Assembly (NCBI RefSeq): GCF_009914755.1
Contig: NC_060932.1
Length of the DNA stretch: 64,000 bases
Source: the human T2T-CHM13v2.0 reference genome, Homo sapiens
Direction: 5' to 3' (one strand)
The position numbers and the translations under genes are program-made. The notes below the pieces were generated by a model. That model saw only the letters and a program-made list of their open reading frames with translations, did not search any database and had not been told where the DNA came from. Below, one piece after another: positions 52,825-64,000 of this stretch; the stretch's first letter is position 1; each line of letters begins with the position of its first letter.

Positions 52825-55800
52825 ATATCTTCACATAAAAACTAGACAGAAGCATTCTCAGAAACTTCTTTGTGATGTGTGCATTCAACTGAGAGAGCTG
52901 AACCTGTCTTTTCATAGAGCAGTTTTGAAAGAGTCTTTTTGTAGTATTTGCAAGTGGATATTTGGAGCACTTTGAGGCCTAGGGTGTGAAAAAGCAAGTA
53001 TCTTCACATAGAAAGTAGACTGAAGCATTCTCAGAAACTTGTGTTCTATGTGTGCATTCAACTAACAGAGTTGAACCTTTCTTTGGATAGAACTGTTTCA
53101 AAAATCTCCCTTTGTAGAATCTGCAAGTGGATATTTGGAGCTCTTTGAGGCCTACGGTGGAAACGAGAATATCTTCACATAATAACTACAAAGAAGTATT
53201 TTTAGAAAGTACTATTTGATTTTGCATTCAACTCAGAGAGTTGAACCTTCATTTTGATAGAGCAGTTTTCAGACACTCTTTTTGTAGAATCTGCAGTTGG
53301 GTATTTGGAGTGCTTTGAGGCCTATTGTAGAAAAAGAAATATCTTCATATAAAAATTAGACAGAAGCCTTCTCAGAAACTAGTTTGTGAATTGTGCATTC
53401 AACTCACAGAGCTGAACCTTTCTTTTGATACAGCAGTTTTGAAACACTCTTTTTGTAGAATCTGGAAGAGGACATTTGGAGCGTTTTGAGGCTTGTGGTG
53501 AAAAAGGGAATATCTTCACATAAAAACTAGACAGAAGCATTCTCAGAAACATCTTTGTGATGTTGGCATTCAACTAACAGAATTGAACTTTTCTTCTGAA
53601 ACAGTAGTTTTGAAACACTCTTTTTGTAGAATCTGCAAGTAGATATTTGGAAGTCTTTTAGGCCTACGGTGGAAATGGGAATATCGTCACATAAAAACTA
53701 GACAGAAGCATTCTCAGAAACTTCTTTGTGATATGTACATTCAACTGAGATAATTGAACCTTCATTTTGATAGAGCAGCTTTGAAGCACACTTTTTGTAG
53801 AATCTGCAAGTGGATATTTGGAGCGTTTTGAGGCCTTCAGTGGAAAGGGGAATATCTTCCCATTAAAACCAGTCAGAAGCATTCTCAGAAACTTCTTTGT
53901 GATGTGTGCATTCAACTCACAGAGATGAACCTTTCTTTTGATGATAGAGCACTTTCAAAACACTGTTTTTGTAGAATCTGTGCTTGGACATTTGGAATGC
54001 CTTGAGGCCTGTGGTGAAATAGGATATATCTTTACATAGAGACAATTCAGAAGCATTCTCAGAAACTTCTTTCTGATGTGTGCATTCAACTCACAGCGTT
54101 GAACCCTCCTTTAAATGGAGCAGTTTTGAAACACTCTTTTTGTAGAATCTGCAAGTGAATATTTGGAGCAATTTGAGGACTAAGGTAGAAAAGGAAATAT
54201 CCTCATATAAAAACTAGACAGAAGCATCCTCAGAAACTACTTTGTGATGTGAGCATTCAACTCAGAGTTGAAACTTTCTTTTGCTAGAGGAGTTTTGAAA
54301 CACTCTTCTTGTAGAATCTGAAAGTGGACATTTGGAGCGCTTTGATGCCTATGGTGAAAAAAAATATTTTCACATAAACGCTAGACAGAAGCATTCTCAG
54401 AAACTTATTCGTGATGTTTGCATTCAACTGACAGAGTTGAACATTCCTTTTCATAGAGCAGTTTTGAAAGAGTCTTTTTGTAGAATCCAAAGGTGGATAT
54501 ATGGAGTGCTTTGTGGCCAACGGTGGAAACGGGAATATCTTCACATAAAAACTATACAGAAGCCTTCTCATAAACTACTTTGTGATGTGTACATCAACTC
54601 ACAGAGGTAAGCCTTCTTTTTGATAGAGTAGTTTTGAAACACTCTCTTTGTAGATTCTGCAAGTGGATATTTGGAGCGCTATGAGGTCTGTGGTGGAAAA
54701 GGAAATATCTTCAAAAAGAAACTAGACAGAAGCATGTTCAGAAACTTCTTTGTGATGTGTGCACTCAACTCACAGAGTTAAATCTTCCTTTTGATAGAGC
54801 AGTTTTGAAACACTCTTTTTGTAGAATCTGCAAGTGGATATTTGGAGCGCTTTGGGGCCTATGATAGAAAAGGAAATAACTTCATATAAAAATTAGGAGA
54901 ACCATTCTCAAAAACTACGTTGTGATGTGTGTATTCAACTCACAGAGTTGAACCTTTCTTTTGATAGAGGAGTTTTGAAACACTCTTTTTGTAGTATCTG
55001 CAAGTGGATATTTATAGCTTTTTGAGGCCTACGGTGTAAACGGGAATATCTTCACATAAAAACTAGACAGAAGAATTCTCAGAAACTTCTTCATGATGTG
55101 TGCATTCAACTCAGAGAGTTGAACCTTCCTTTTGTTAGAGCAGTTTTGAAACACTGCTTTTGTAGAATCTGCAAGTGTATATTTGGAGTGCTTTGAGGCC
55201 TATGGTAGAAAAGGAAATAACGCCATATAAAAACTAGACAGAAGCATTCTCAGAAACTACTTTGTGATGTGTGCATTCAACTAACAGATATGAACCATTC
55301 TTTTGATAGAGCAGTTTAGAAACACTCTTTTTGTAGAATCTGCATGTGGATACTTGGATCTTTTTGAGGCCTATGGTGGAAACAGGAATATCTTCACATA
55401 AAAACTAGACAGAAGTATTTTCAGACACTTCTTTGTGATGTGTGCATTCAAATCAGAGCACTCAACTTTCCTTTTTATAGCGCAGTTTTGAAATACCCTT
55501 TTCATACAATCCACAAGTGGATATTTGGAGCTCTTTGAGGTCTATGTTAGAAAAGGAAATATCTTCATATAAAAAGTAGACAGAAGCATTCTCAGAAACT
55601 ACTTCATGTTGCTTGCATTCAACTCACAGAGTTGAACTTTTTTTTGATAGAGCAGTTTTGAAACACTCTTTTTCTATAATCTTCAAGTGAATGTTTGAAG
55701 CACTTTGAGGTATTCAGTGGAAACGGGAATATCTTCACATAAAAACCAGACAGAGGCATTCTCAGAAACTTCTTTGTGATGTGTGCTTTCACCTTACAGA

Positions 55801-56188
55801 GTTGAAACTTCCTTTTCATAGAGCAGTTTTTAAACACTCTTTTTGTAGAATCTGCAAGTGGACATTTGAAGCGCTTTGAGCCTATGGTGAAAAAGGAAAT
55901 ACCTTCACTTAAAAATTAGACAGGAGCATTCTCAGAAACTCCTTCATGATGTGTGCATTCAACTCACAGAGTTGAACCCTCCTTTACATCGAGCAGTTTT
56001 GAAACAGTCTTTTTGTAGAATCTTCAAGTGGATAATTGGAGCCCTTTGAGTCCTATGGAGGAATAGGAAGTATCTTCAAATAAAAAGTAGATGGAAGCTT
56101 TCTCAGAAACTTGTTTGTGATGTGTGCATTCCACTAACAGAGTTGAACTTTTCTTTTCTTTTGATAGAGCAGTTTTGAAAGAGTCTTT

Positions 56189-57422
56189 AGAAAGCTGAAA
56201 CTGGATCCCTTCCTTACACCTTATACAAAAATCAATTCAAGGCGGATTAAATATTTAAACGTTAGACCTAAAACCATAAAAACCTTAGAAGAAAACCTAG
56301 GCATTACCATTGAGGACATAGGCATGGGCAAGGACTTCATGTCCGAAACACCAAAAGCTATGGCAACAAAAGACAAAATTGACAAATGGGATCTAATTAA
56401 ACTAAAGAGCTACTGCACAGCAAAAGAAACTACCATCAGAGTGAACAGGCAACCTAAAAAATGGGAGAAAATTTTCATAACCTACTTATCTGACAAAGGG
56501 CTAATATCCAGAATCTACAATGAACTCAAACAAATTGACAAGAAAAAAACAAACAACCCCATCAAAAAGTGGGCGAAGGACATGAACAGACACTTCTCAA
56601 AAGAAGACATTTATGCAGCCAGAAAACACATGGAAAAATGCTCATCATCACTAGCCATCAGAGAAATGCAAAGCAAAACCATTATGAGATACCATCTCAC
56701 ACCAGTTAGAATGGCAATCATTAAAAATCAGGAAACAACAGGTGCTGGAGAGGATGTGGAGAAATAGGAACACTTTTACACTGTTGGTGGGACTGTAAAC
56801 TAGTTCAACCATTGTGGAAGTCAGTGTGGCGATTCCTCAGGGATCTAGAACTAGAAATAACATTTGACCCAGCCGTCCCATTACGGGGTATATACCCAAA
56901 GGACTATCAATCATGCTGCTATAAAGACACATGCACACATTATGTTTATTGCAGCATTATTCACAATAGCAAAAACTTGGAACCAACCCATATGTCCAAC
57001 AATGATAGACTGGATTAAGAAAATGTGGCACATATACACCATGGAATACTATGCAGCCATAAAAAATGATGAGTTCATGTCCTTTGTAGGGACATGGATG
57101 AAATTGGAAATCATCATTCTCAGTAAACTATCGCAAGAACAAAAAACCAAACAACACATATTCTCACTCATAGGTGGGAATTGAACAATGAGATCACATG
57201 GACACAGGAAGGGGAATATCACACTCTGGGGATTGTGGTGGGGTGGGGGGAGGGGGGAGGGATAGCATTGGGAGATATACCTAATGCTAGATGACGAGTT
57301 GGTGGGTGCAGCGCACCGGCATGGCACATGTATACATATGTAACTAACCTGCACAATGTGCACATGTACCCTAAAACTTAAAGTATAATTAAAAAAATAA
57401 ATAAATAAATAAATAAATAAAA
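56189..57422 (+). mobile_element. 5'-truncated LINE-1 (L1PA2-like), 12-bp TSD
   Basis: ORF2 C-terminal fragments, 3'UTR with gatgacGAGtt, A-rich tail; GAAAGAGTCTTT at 56177-56188 and 57423-57434. Confidence 0.96.
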
Positions 57423-60400
57423 GAAAGAGTCTTTTTGTATAATCTGCAAGTGGATATTTGGACCGCTTTGAGGCCTCCGGTGGAAACGAGAATATCTTCA
57501 TATAAAAACTAGACAGAAGTATTCTCAGAAACTTCTTTGAGATGTGTGCATTCAACTCAGAGAGTGGAAAATTCCTTTTGTTAGACCAATTTTGAAACAC
57601 TGTTTTTGTAGAATCTGCAAGTGGATATTTGGAGCACTTTGAGGCCTACAGTAGAAAAGGAAATATCTTCACATAAAAACTAGACAGAAGGATTCTGAGA
57701 AACAGCTTTGTGATGTGTGCATTCCACTAACAGAGTTCAACCTTTCTTTTGATAGAGCAGTTTTGAAACACACTTTTTGTAGAATCTGTAAGTGGATATT
57801 TGGATCTGTTTGAGGCCTACGGTGGAAACAGGAATATCTTCACATAAAAACTAGACAGAAGCATTCTCAGAAACTTCTTTGTGATGTGTGCATTCACCTC
57901 AGAGAGTTTAACCTTCCTTATGATAGAGCAGTTTTCAAACACTGTTTTTGAATAATCTGCAAGTGGATATTTGGGGCGATTTGAGGCCTATAGTAGAAAA
58001 TGAAATATCTTCATATAAAAACTAGACAGAAGTATTCTCAGAAACTATTTTGTGATGTGTGCATTCAACTCAGAAAGTTGAACCTTTCTTTTGATAGAGC
58101 AGTTTAGAAACACTCTTTTTGTAGAATCTGCAAGTGGATATTTGGAGCAGTTGGAGGCTTGTGGTAGAAAAGGAAATATCTTCATATGAAAATTAGACAG
58201 AAGCATTCCAAGAAACTATTTTGTGATGTTTGCATTCAACTCATAGAGATGAACATTTTTTTTTTGATAGAGCAGTTTTGAAATGCTCTTTTTGTAGAAT
58301 CGGCAAGTGGATATTTGGAGGGCTTTGAGGCCTTCGGTGGAAAAGGGAATATCTTCACATAAAAACTAGACAGAAGTATTCTCAGAAACTTCTTTGTGAT
58401 GTGTGCATTCAACTTACAGAGTTGAACCTTCCTTTTTATAGACCAGTTTTGAAACACTCTTTTTGTAGAATCTGCAAGTGAATATTTGGAGCGCATTGAG
58501 GCCTATGGTAGAAAAGGAAATATCTTCATAAAAAAATTAGGAGAAGCATTTTCAAAAAGTACATCGTGATGTGTGTAGTCAACCCACAGAATTCAACCTT
58601 TCTTTTGATAGAGCAGTTTTGAGACACTTGTTTTGAATGATCTGCAAGTAGATATTTGTAGCTCTTTGAGGCCTATGGTGGAAATGGTCATATTTTCACA
58701 TGCAAACTCGACAGAAGCATTCTAAGAAACTGCTTTGTGATGTGTGCATTCAACTCAGAGTGTTTAACTTTCCTTATGATAGAGCAGTTTTGAAACACTC
58801 TTTTTGTAGAATCTGCAAGTGTATATTTGGAGCACTTTGAGACCTATAGTAGAAAATGAAAAAACTCCATATAAAAACTAGACAGAAGCATTATCAGAAA
58901 CTACTTTGTAATGTGTGCATTCAACTAACAGATTTGAACCTCTCTTTCGATAGTGCAGTTTTGAAACACTCTTTTTGTAGAATCTGCATGTGGATATTTG
59001 GATCTCTTTGAGGCCTACGTTGGAAACAGGAATATCATCACATAAAAACTAGACAGAAGTATTTTCAGAAACTTCTTTGTGATGTGTGCATTCAAATCAG
59101 AGCGTTGAATATTCCTTCTTACAGAGCAGTTTTGAAATACCTTTTTTGTACAATCTGCAAGTGGATATTTGGAGCGCTTTGAGGCCTATGTTAGAAAAGG
59201 AAATATCTTCATATAAAAATTAGACAGAAGCAGTCTCAGAAACTACTTCATGTTGCGTGCATTCAACTCACAAGTTGAACATTTTTTTTTTTTTTGATAG
59301 AGCAGTTTTGAAAAACTCTTTTTGTAGAATCTGCAAGTGAATATTTGGAGCGCTTTGTGGCCTTAGGTGGAAACGGGAATATCTTCACATAAAAACTAGA
59401 CAGAAGCATTGTCAGAAACTTCTTTATGATGTGTGCATTTAACTGACTGTGTTGAACCTTCCTTTTCATAGAGCAGTTTTTAAACATTCTTTTTGTAGAA
59501 TCTGCAGATGGACATTTGGAGGGCTTTGATGCCTATGGTGAAAAAGAAAATACCTTCACATAAAAATTATACAGAAGCATTCTCAGAAACTCCTTCGTGA
59601 TGTGTGCATTCAGCTCACAGAACTGAACCTTCCTTTACATAGAGCAGTTTTGAAACAGTCTTTTTGTAGAATCTTCAAGTGGATAATTGGAGTGCTTTGA
59701 GGCCTATGGAGGAAAAGGAAGTATCTTCATATAAAAAGTAGACGGAAGCATTCTCAGAAACTTGTTTGTGATGTGTGCATTCCACTAACAGAGTTGAACC
59801 TTTCTTTTGATAGAGCAGTTTTGAAAGAGTCTTTTTGTAGAATCTGCAAGTGGATATTTGGACCGCTTTGAGGCCTCCGGTGGAAACGGGAATATCTTCA
59901 TATAAAAACTAGGCAGAAGCATTCTCAGAAACTTCTTCGAGATGTGTGTATTCAACTCAGAGAGTTGAAACTTCCTTTTGTTAGAGAAGTTCTGAAACAC
60001 TGTTTTTGTAGAATCTGCAAGTGGATATTTGGAGCACTTTGGGGTCTATGGTAGAAAAGGAAATATCTTCAGATAAAAAGTAGACAGAAGCATTCTCAGA
60101 AACTTCTTTGTGATATGTGCATTCAACTCAGAGAGTTTAACCTTCCTTAAGATAGAGCAGTTTTGAAACACTGTTTTTGTAGAATCTGCAAGAGGATATA
60201 CGGAGCGATTTGAGGCCTATGGTAGAGAAGGAAATATCTTCATATGAAAAGTAGACAGAATTATTCTCAGGAATTATTTTGTGATGTGTGCATTCAACTC
60301 AGAAATTTGAGCCTTCCTTTAGATAGAGCAGTTTAGAAACACTCTTTTTGTAGAATCTACAAGTGGATATTTGGAGCACTTTGAAGCCTATGGTAGAAAA

Positions 60401-61957
60401 GGATATATCTTCATATGAAAATTAGACAGAAGCATTCTCAGAAACTATTTGCGATGTGTGTATTCAACTCACAGAGTTGAAATATTCTTTTGATAGAGCA
60501 GTTTTGAAACACACTTTTTGTAAAATCTGCAAGTGAACATTTGGAGGGCTCTGAGGCCTTCGGTGGAAATGGAAATATCTTCACATAAAAAATAGACAGA
60601 AACATTCTCAGAAACTTCTTTGTGATATGTGCATTCAACTCAGAGAGTTTAACCTTCCTTTTGATAGAGCAGTTTTGAATTACTGTTTTTGTGGAATCTG
60701 CAAGTGGATATTTGGAGCTATTTGTGGCCTATGTTAGAAAAAGTAATATCTTCATATAAAAACTAGACATAAGTATTCTCAGAAACTATTTTGTGATGTC
60801 TGCATTCAACTCAGAGAGTTGAGACTTCCTTTAGATAGAGCAGTTTAGAAATACTCTTTTTGTAGAATCTGCATGTTGGAATTTGGAGCACTTTGAGGCC
60901 TATGGTAGAAAAGGAAATATCTTCATATGAAAATTAGACAGAAGCATTCACAGAAACTACTTTTTGATGAGTGTATTCAACTCACTGAGTTGAACCTTTC
61001 TTCTGATAGAGCAGTTTTGAAACACTCTTTTTGTAGAATCTGCAAGTGAACATTTGGAGGGCTCTGAGGCCTTCGGTGGAAATGGGAATATCTTCACATA
61101 AAAACTAGACCGAAGCACTCTTACCAACTTTTTTGTGATGTGTGCATTCAACTTACAGAGTTGAACCTTCCTTTCAATAGAGCGGTTTTGAAACACTCTG
61201 TTTGTAGAATCTGCAAGTGGATATTTGGAGTGCTTTTAGGCCTATGGTAGACAGGGAAATATCTTCATATAAAAATTAGGGGAAGCATTCTCAAAAACTA
61301 CTTTGTGATGTGTGTATTCAACTCACAGAGTTGAACCTTTCTTTTGATAGAACAGTTTTGAAACACTCTACTGTAGAATCTGCAAGTGGATAATTATAGC
61401 TCTTTGAGGCCTATAGTGGAAACGGGAATATCTTGACATAAAAACTAGACAGAAGCATTCTCAGAAACTTATTTCTGATGTGTGCATTCAACTCATAGTG
61501 TTGAACCTTCTTTATGATAGAGCACTTTTGAAACACTCTTTTTGTAGAATCTGCAAGTGGATATATGGAGCGCTTTGAGGCCTATGGTAGAAAAGGAAAT
61601 ATATTCATATAAAAACTAGACAGAAGCATACTCAGAAACTATTTTGTGATGTGTGCATTGAACTCACAGAGTTGTACCTGCCTTTCATTGAGCAGTTTTC
61701 AAACAGTCTTTTTGTAGTATCTGCAAGTGGATATTTAGAGCGCTTTGAGGCCTATGGTGGAAAAGGAAGTATCTTCACATAAAAAGTAGACAGAAGCATT
61801 CTCAGAAACCACTTTGTGATCTGTGCATTCAACTAATAGAGATGAACCTTCCTTTTCATAGAGCAGTTTTTAAACACTCTTTTTACAGAATCTGCAAGTG
61901 GACATTTGGAGCGCTTTGATGCCTATGGTGAAAGAGGAAACACCTTCACGTAAAAAC

Positions 61958-62332
61958 GGCACATATACACCATGGAATACTCTGCAGCCATAAAAAATTA
62001 TGAGTTCGTGTCCTTTGTAGGGACATGGATGAAATTGGAAATCATCATTCTCAGTAAACTATCACAAGAAGGAAAAACCAAACACCGCATAATCTCACTC
62101 ATAGGTGGGAATTGAACAATGAGATCACATGGACACAGGAAGGGGAACATCACACTCTGGGGACTGTTGTGGGGTGGGGGGAGGGGGGAGGGATAGCATT
62201 GGGAGATATACCTAATGCTAGATGACGAGGTAGTGGGTGCTGTGCACTAGCATGGCACACGTATACATAAGTAACTAACATGCACAATGTGCGCATGTAC
62301 CCTAAAACTTAAAGTATAATAATAAAAGAAAA
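61958..62332 (+). mobile_element. Short 5'-truncated LINE-1 3' end (L1PA2/3-like)
   Basis: ggcacatatacaccatggaatac...cctaaaacttaaagtataataataaaagaaaaa, inserted in the monomer's taaaaa run. Confidence 0.95.
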
Positions 62333-64000
62333 AAAAATTAGACAGAAGCATTCTCAGAAACTGCTTGGTGATGTGTGCATTCAACTCACAGAGTTGAACC
62401 TTCCTTTTCACAGAGCAGTTTTGAAACGGTCTTTTTGTAGAATTTTCAAGTGGGTAATTTTAGCACTTTGAGGCCTATGGAGGAAAAGGAAGTATCTTCA
62501 TATAAAAATTAGATGGAAGCATTCTCAGACACTTGTTTGTGGTGTGTACATTCCACTAACAGAATTGAACCTTTCTTTTGATAGAGCAGTTTTGAAAGAC
62601 TCTTTTTGTAGAACCTGCAAGAGGATATTTGGACTGCTTTGAGGACTGTTGTGGAAAAGGAAATATCTTCACATAAAAACTAGACAGAAGTATGCTCAGA
62701 AACTTCTTCATGATGTGTGCATTGAACTCAGAGAGTTGAAATTTCCTTTTGTTAGAGCAGTTTTGAAACACTGTTTTTGTAGAATCTGCAAGTGGATATT
62801 TGGATCACTTGGAGGCCTATGGTAGAAAAGGAAATATCTTCATATAAAAACTAGACAGAAGCATTCTCAGAAACTACTTTGTTATGTGTGCATTCAACTA
62901 ACAGATTTGAACCCTTATTTTGATAGAGCAGTTATGAAAAACTCTTTTTGTAGAATCTGCATGTGAATATTTGGATCTGTTTGAGGCCTCCAGTGGAAAC
63001 GGGAATACCTTCACTTAAAAACTAGACAGAAGCATTCTTGGAGACTATTTTGTGTTGTGTGCATTGAACTCAGAGAGTTTAAACTTCCTTATGATAGAGC
63101 AGTTTTGAAACACTGTTTTTGTAGAATCTGCAAGTGGATATTTGGAGCGATTTGAGGCCTATGATAGAAAAAGAAATATCTTCACATAAAAATTAGACAG
63201 AAGTATTCTGAGAAACAATTTTGTGATGCGTGCATTCAACTCAGAGGGTTGAACATTCCTTTTGATAGAGCAGTTTAGAAACACCCTTTTTGTAGAATCT
63301 GCAAGTGGATATTTGGAGCAATTTGAGGCCTATGGTAGAAAAGGAAATATCTTCATATGAAAATTAGACAGAAGCTTTCTCAGAAACTACTTTGTGATGT
63401 TTGCATTCAACTCACAGAGTTGAACAATTTTTTTGATAGAGCAGTTTTGAATCACTCTTTTTGTAGAGTCTGCAAGTGGATATTTGGAGGGCTTTGAGGC
63501 CTTTCGTGGAAATGGGAATATCTTCACTTAAACACTAGACAGAAGCATTCTCAGAAACTTCTTTGTGATGTGTGCATTCAACTTACCGAGTTGAACCTTC
63601 TGTTTGATAGAGCATTTTGAAACACTCTTTTTGTAGTATCTGCAATTGGATATTTGGAGCGCCTTGAGGCCTATGGTAGAAAAGGAAATATCTTCATAAA
63701 AAAATTAGGAGAAACATTCTCAAAAACTACGTTGTGATGTGTGTATTCAACTCAGAGTTGAAACTTTCTTTTGATAGAGCAGATTTGAAACACTCTTTTT
63801 GTAGAATCTGCAAGTGGATATTTATATCTCTTTGAGGCCTACGGTGGAAACAGGAATATCTTCACATAGAAACTAGACAGAAGCATTATCAGAAACTCCT
63901 TTGTGATGTGTGCATTCATCTAAGAGACTTGAACTTTTATTTTGATAGAGCAGTTTTGAAACACTCTTTTTGTTGAATCCGAAAGTGGATATTTGGACTG

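Larger units (their letters stand above)
48500..64000 (+). repeat. Alpha-satellite with irregularly mixed A- and B-type monomers (SF5/R1R2-like), interrupted by two L1s
   Basis: Frequent cttc(g/a)gtggaaa(c/t)gggaatatc B-box variants mixed with ctatggt(a/g)gaaaaggaaatatc A-boxes. Confidence 0.85.

Noticed and set aside
57049-57600. 183-aa ORF spanning satellite and L1 3'UTR antisense
   Set aside because: Chance read-through of two commonly open repeat frames.
38337-64000. Many similar minus-strand ORFs ([41 protein letters not shown]...), up to 190 aa, resembling a repeat-protein family
   Set aside because: The 171-bp monomer equals 57 codons with a nearly stop-free antisense frame. ORFs start and stop at random, with no sign of coding constraint; this is a satellite translation artefact.

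Overview
Primate (ape/human-like) pericentromeric DNA with no host genes, RNA genes, CRISPR arrays or recognisable Alu. It consists of ~171-bp alpha-satellite in two age layers: an ancient, highly diverged monomeric layer (~3.2-35.4 kb, with internal strand switches) and a younger layer (38.3-64 kb) that gains B-type (CENP-B-box) monomers after ~48.5 kb. Inserted into these are five L1PA LINE-1 pieces (two with twin-priming inversions), a 5'-truncated HERV-K14/HML-1-like provirus plus an orphan LTR fragment, and a two-LTR, internally deleted HERV-K11/HML-8 (MER11) provirus with a 6-bp TSD. I found no credible novel protein-coding system; all ORFs are retroelement remnants or satellite translation artefacts. 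The most interesting signals are structural: both proviruses sit at the same 6-bp position and orientation of the monomer, HERV-K14 sequence lies at both ends of a satellite inversion, there is a near-perfect 6-monomer duplication and a decayed ~14-monomer periodicity with empty L1 sites, and an L1 fragment joins the two satellite layers. Coordinates and identities were read by eye, and family names are recalled from consensus sequences rather than from a search.
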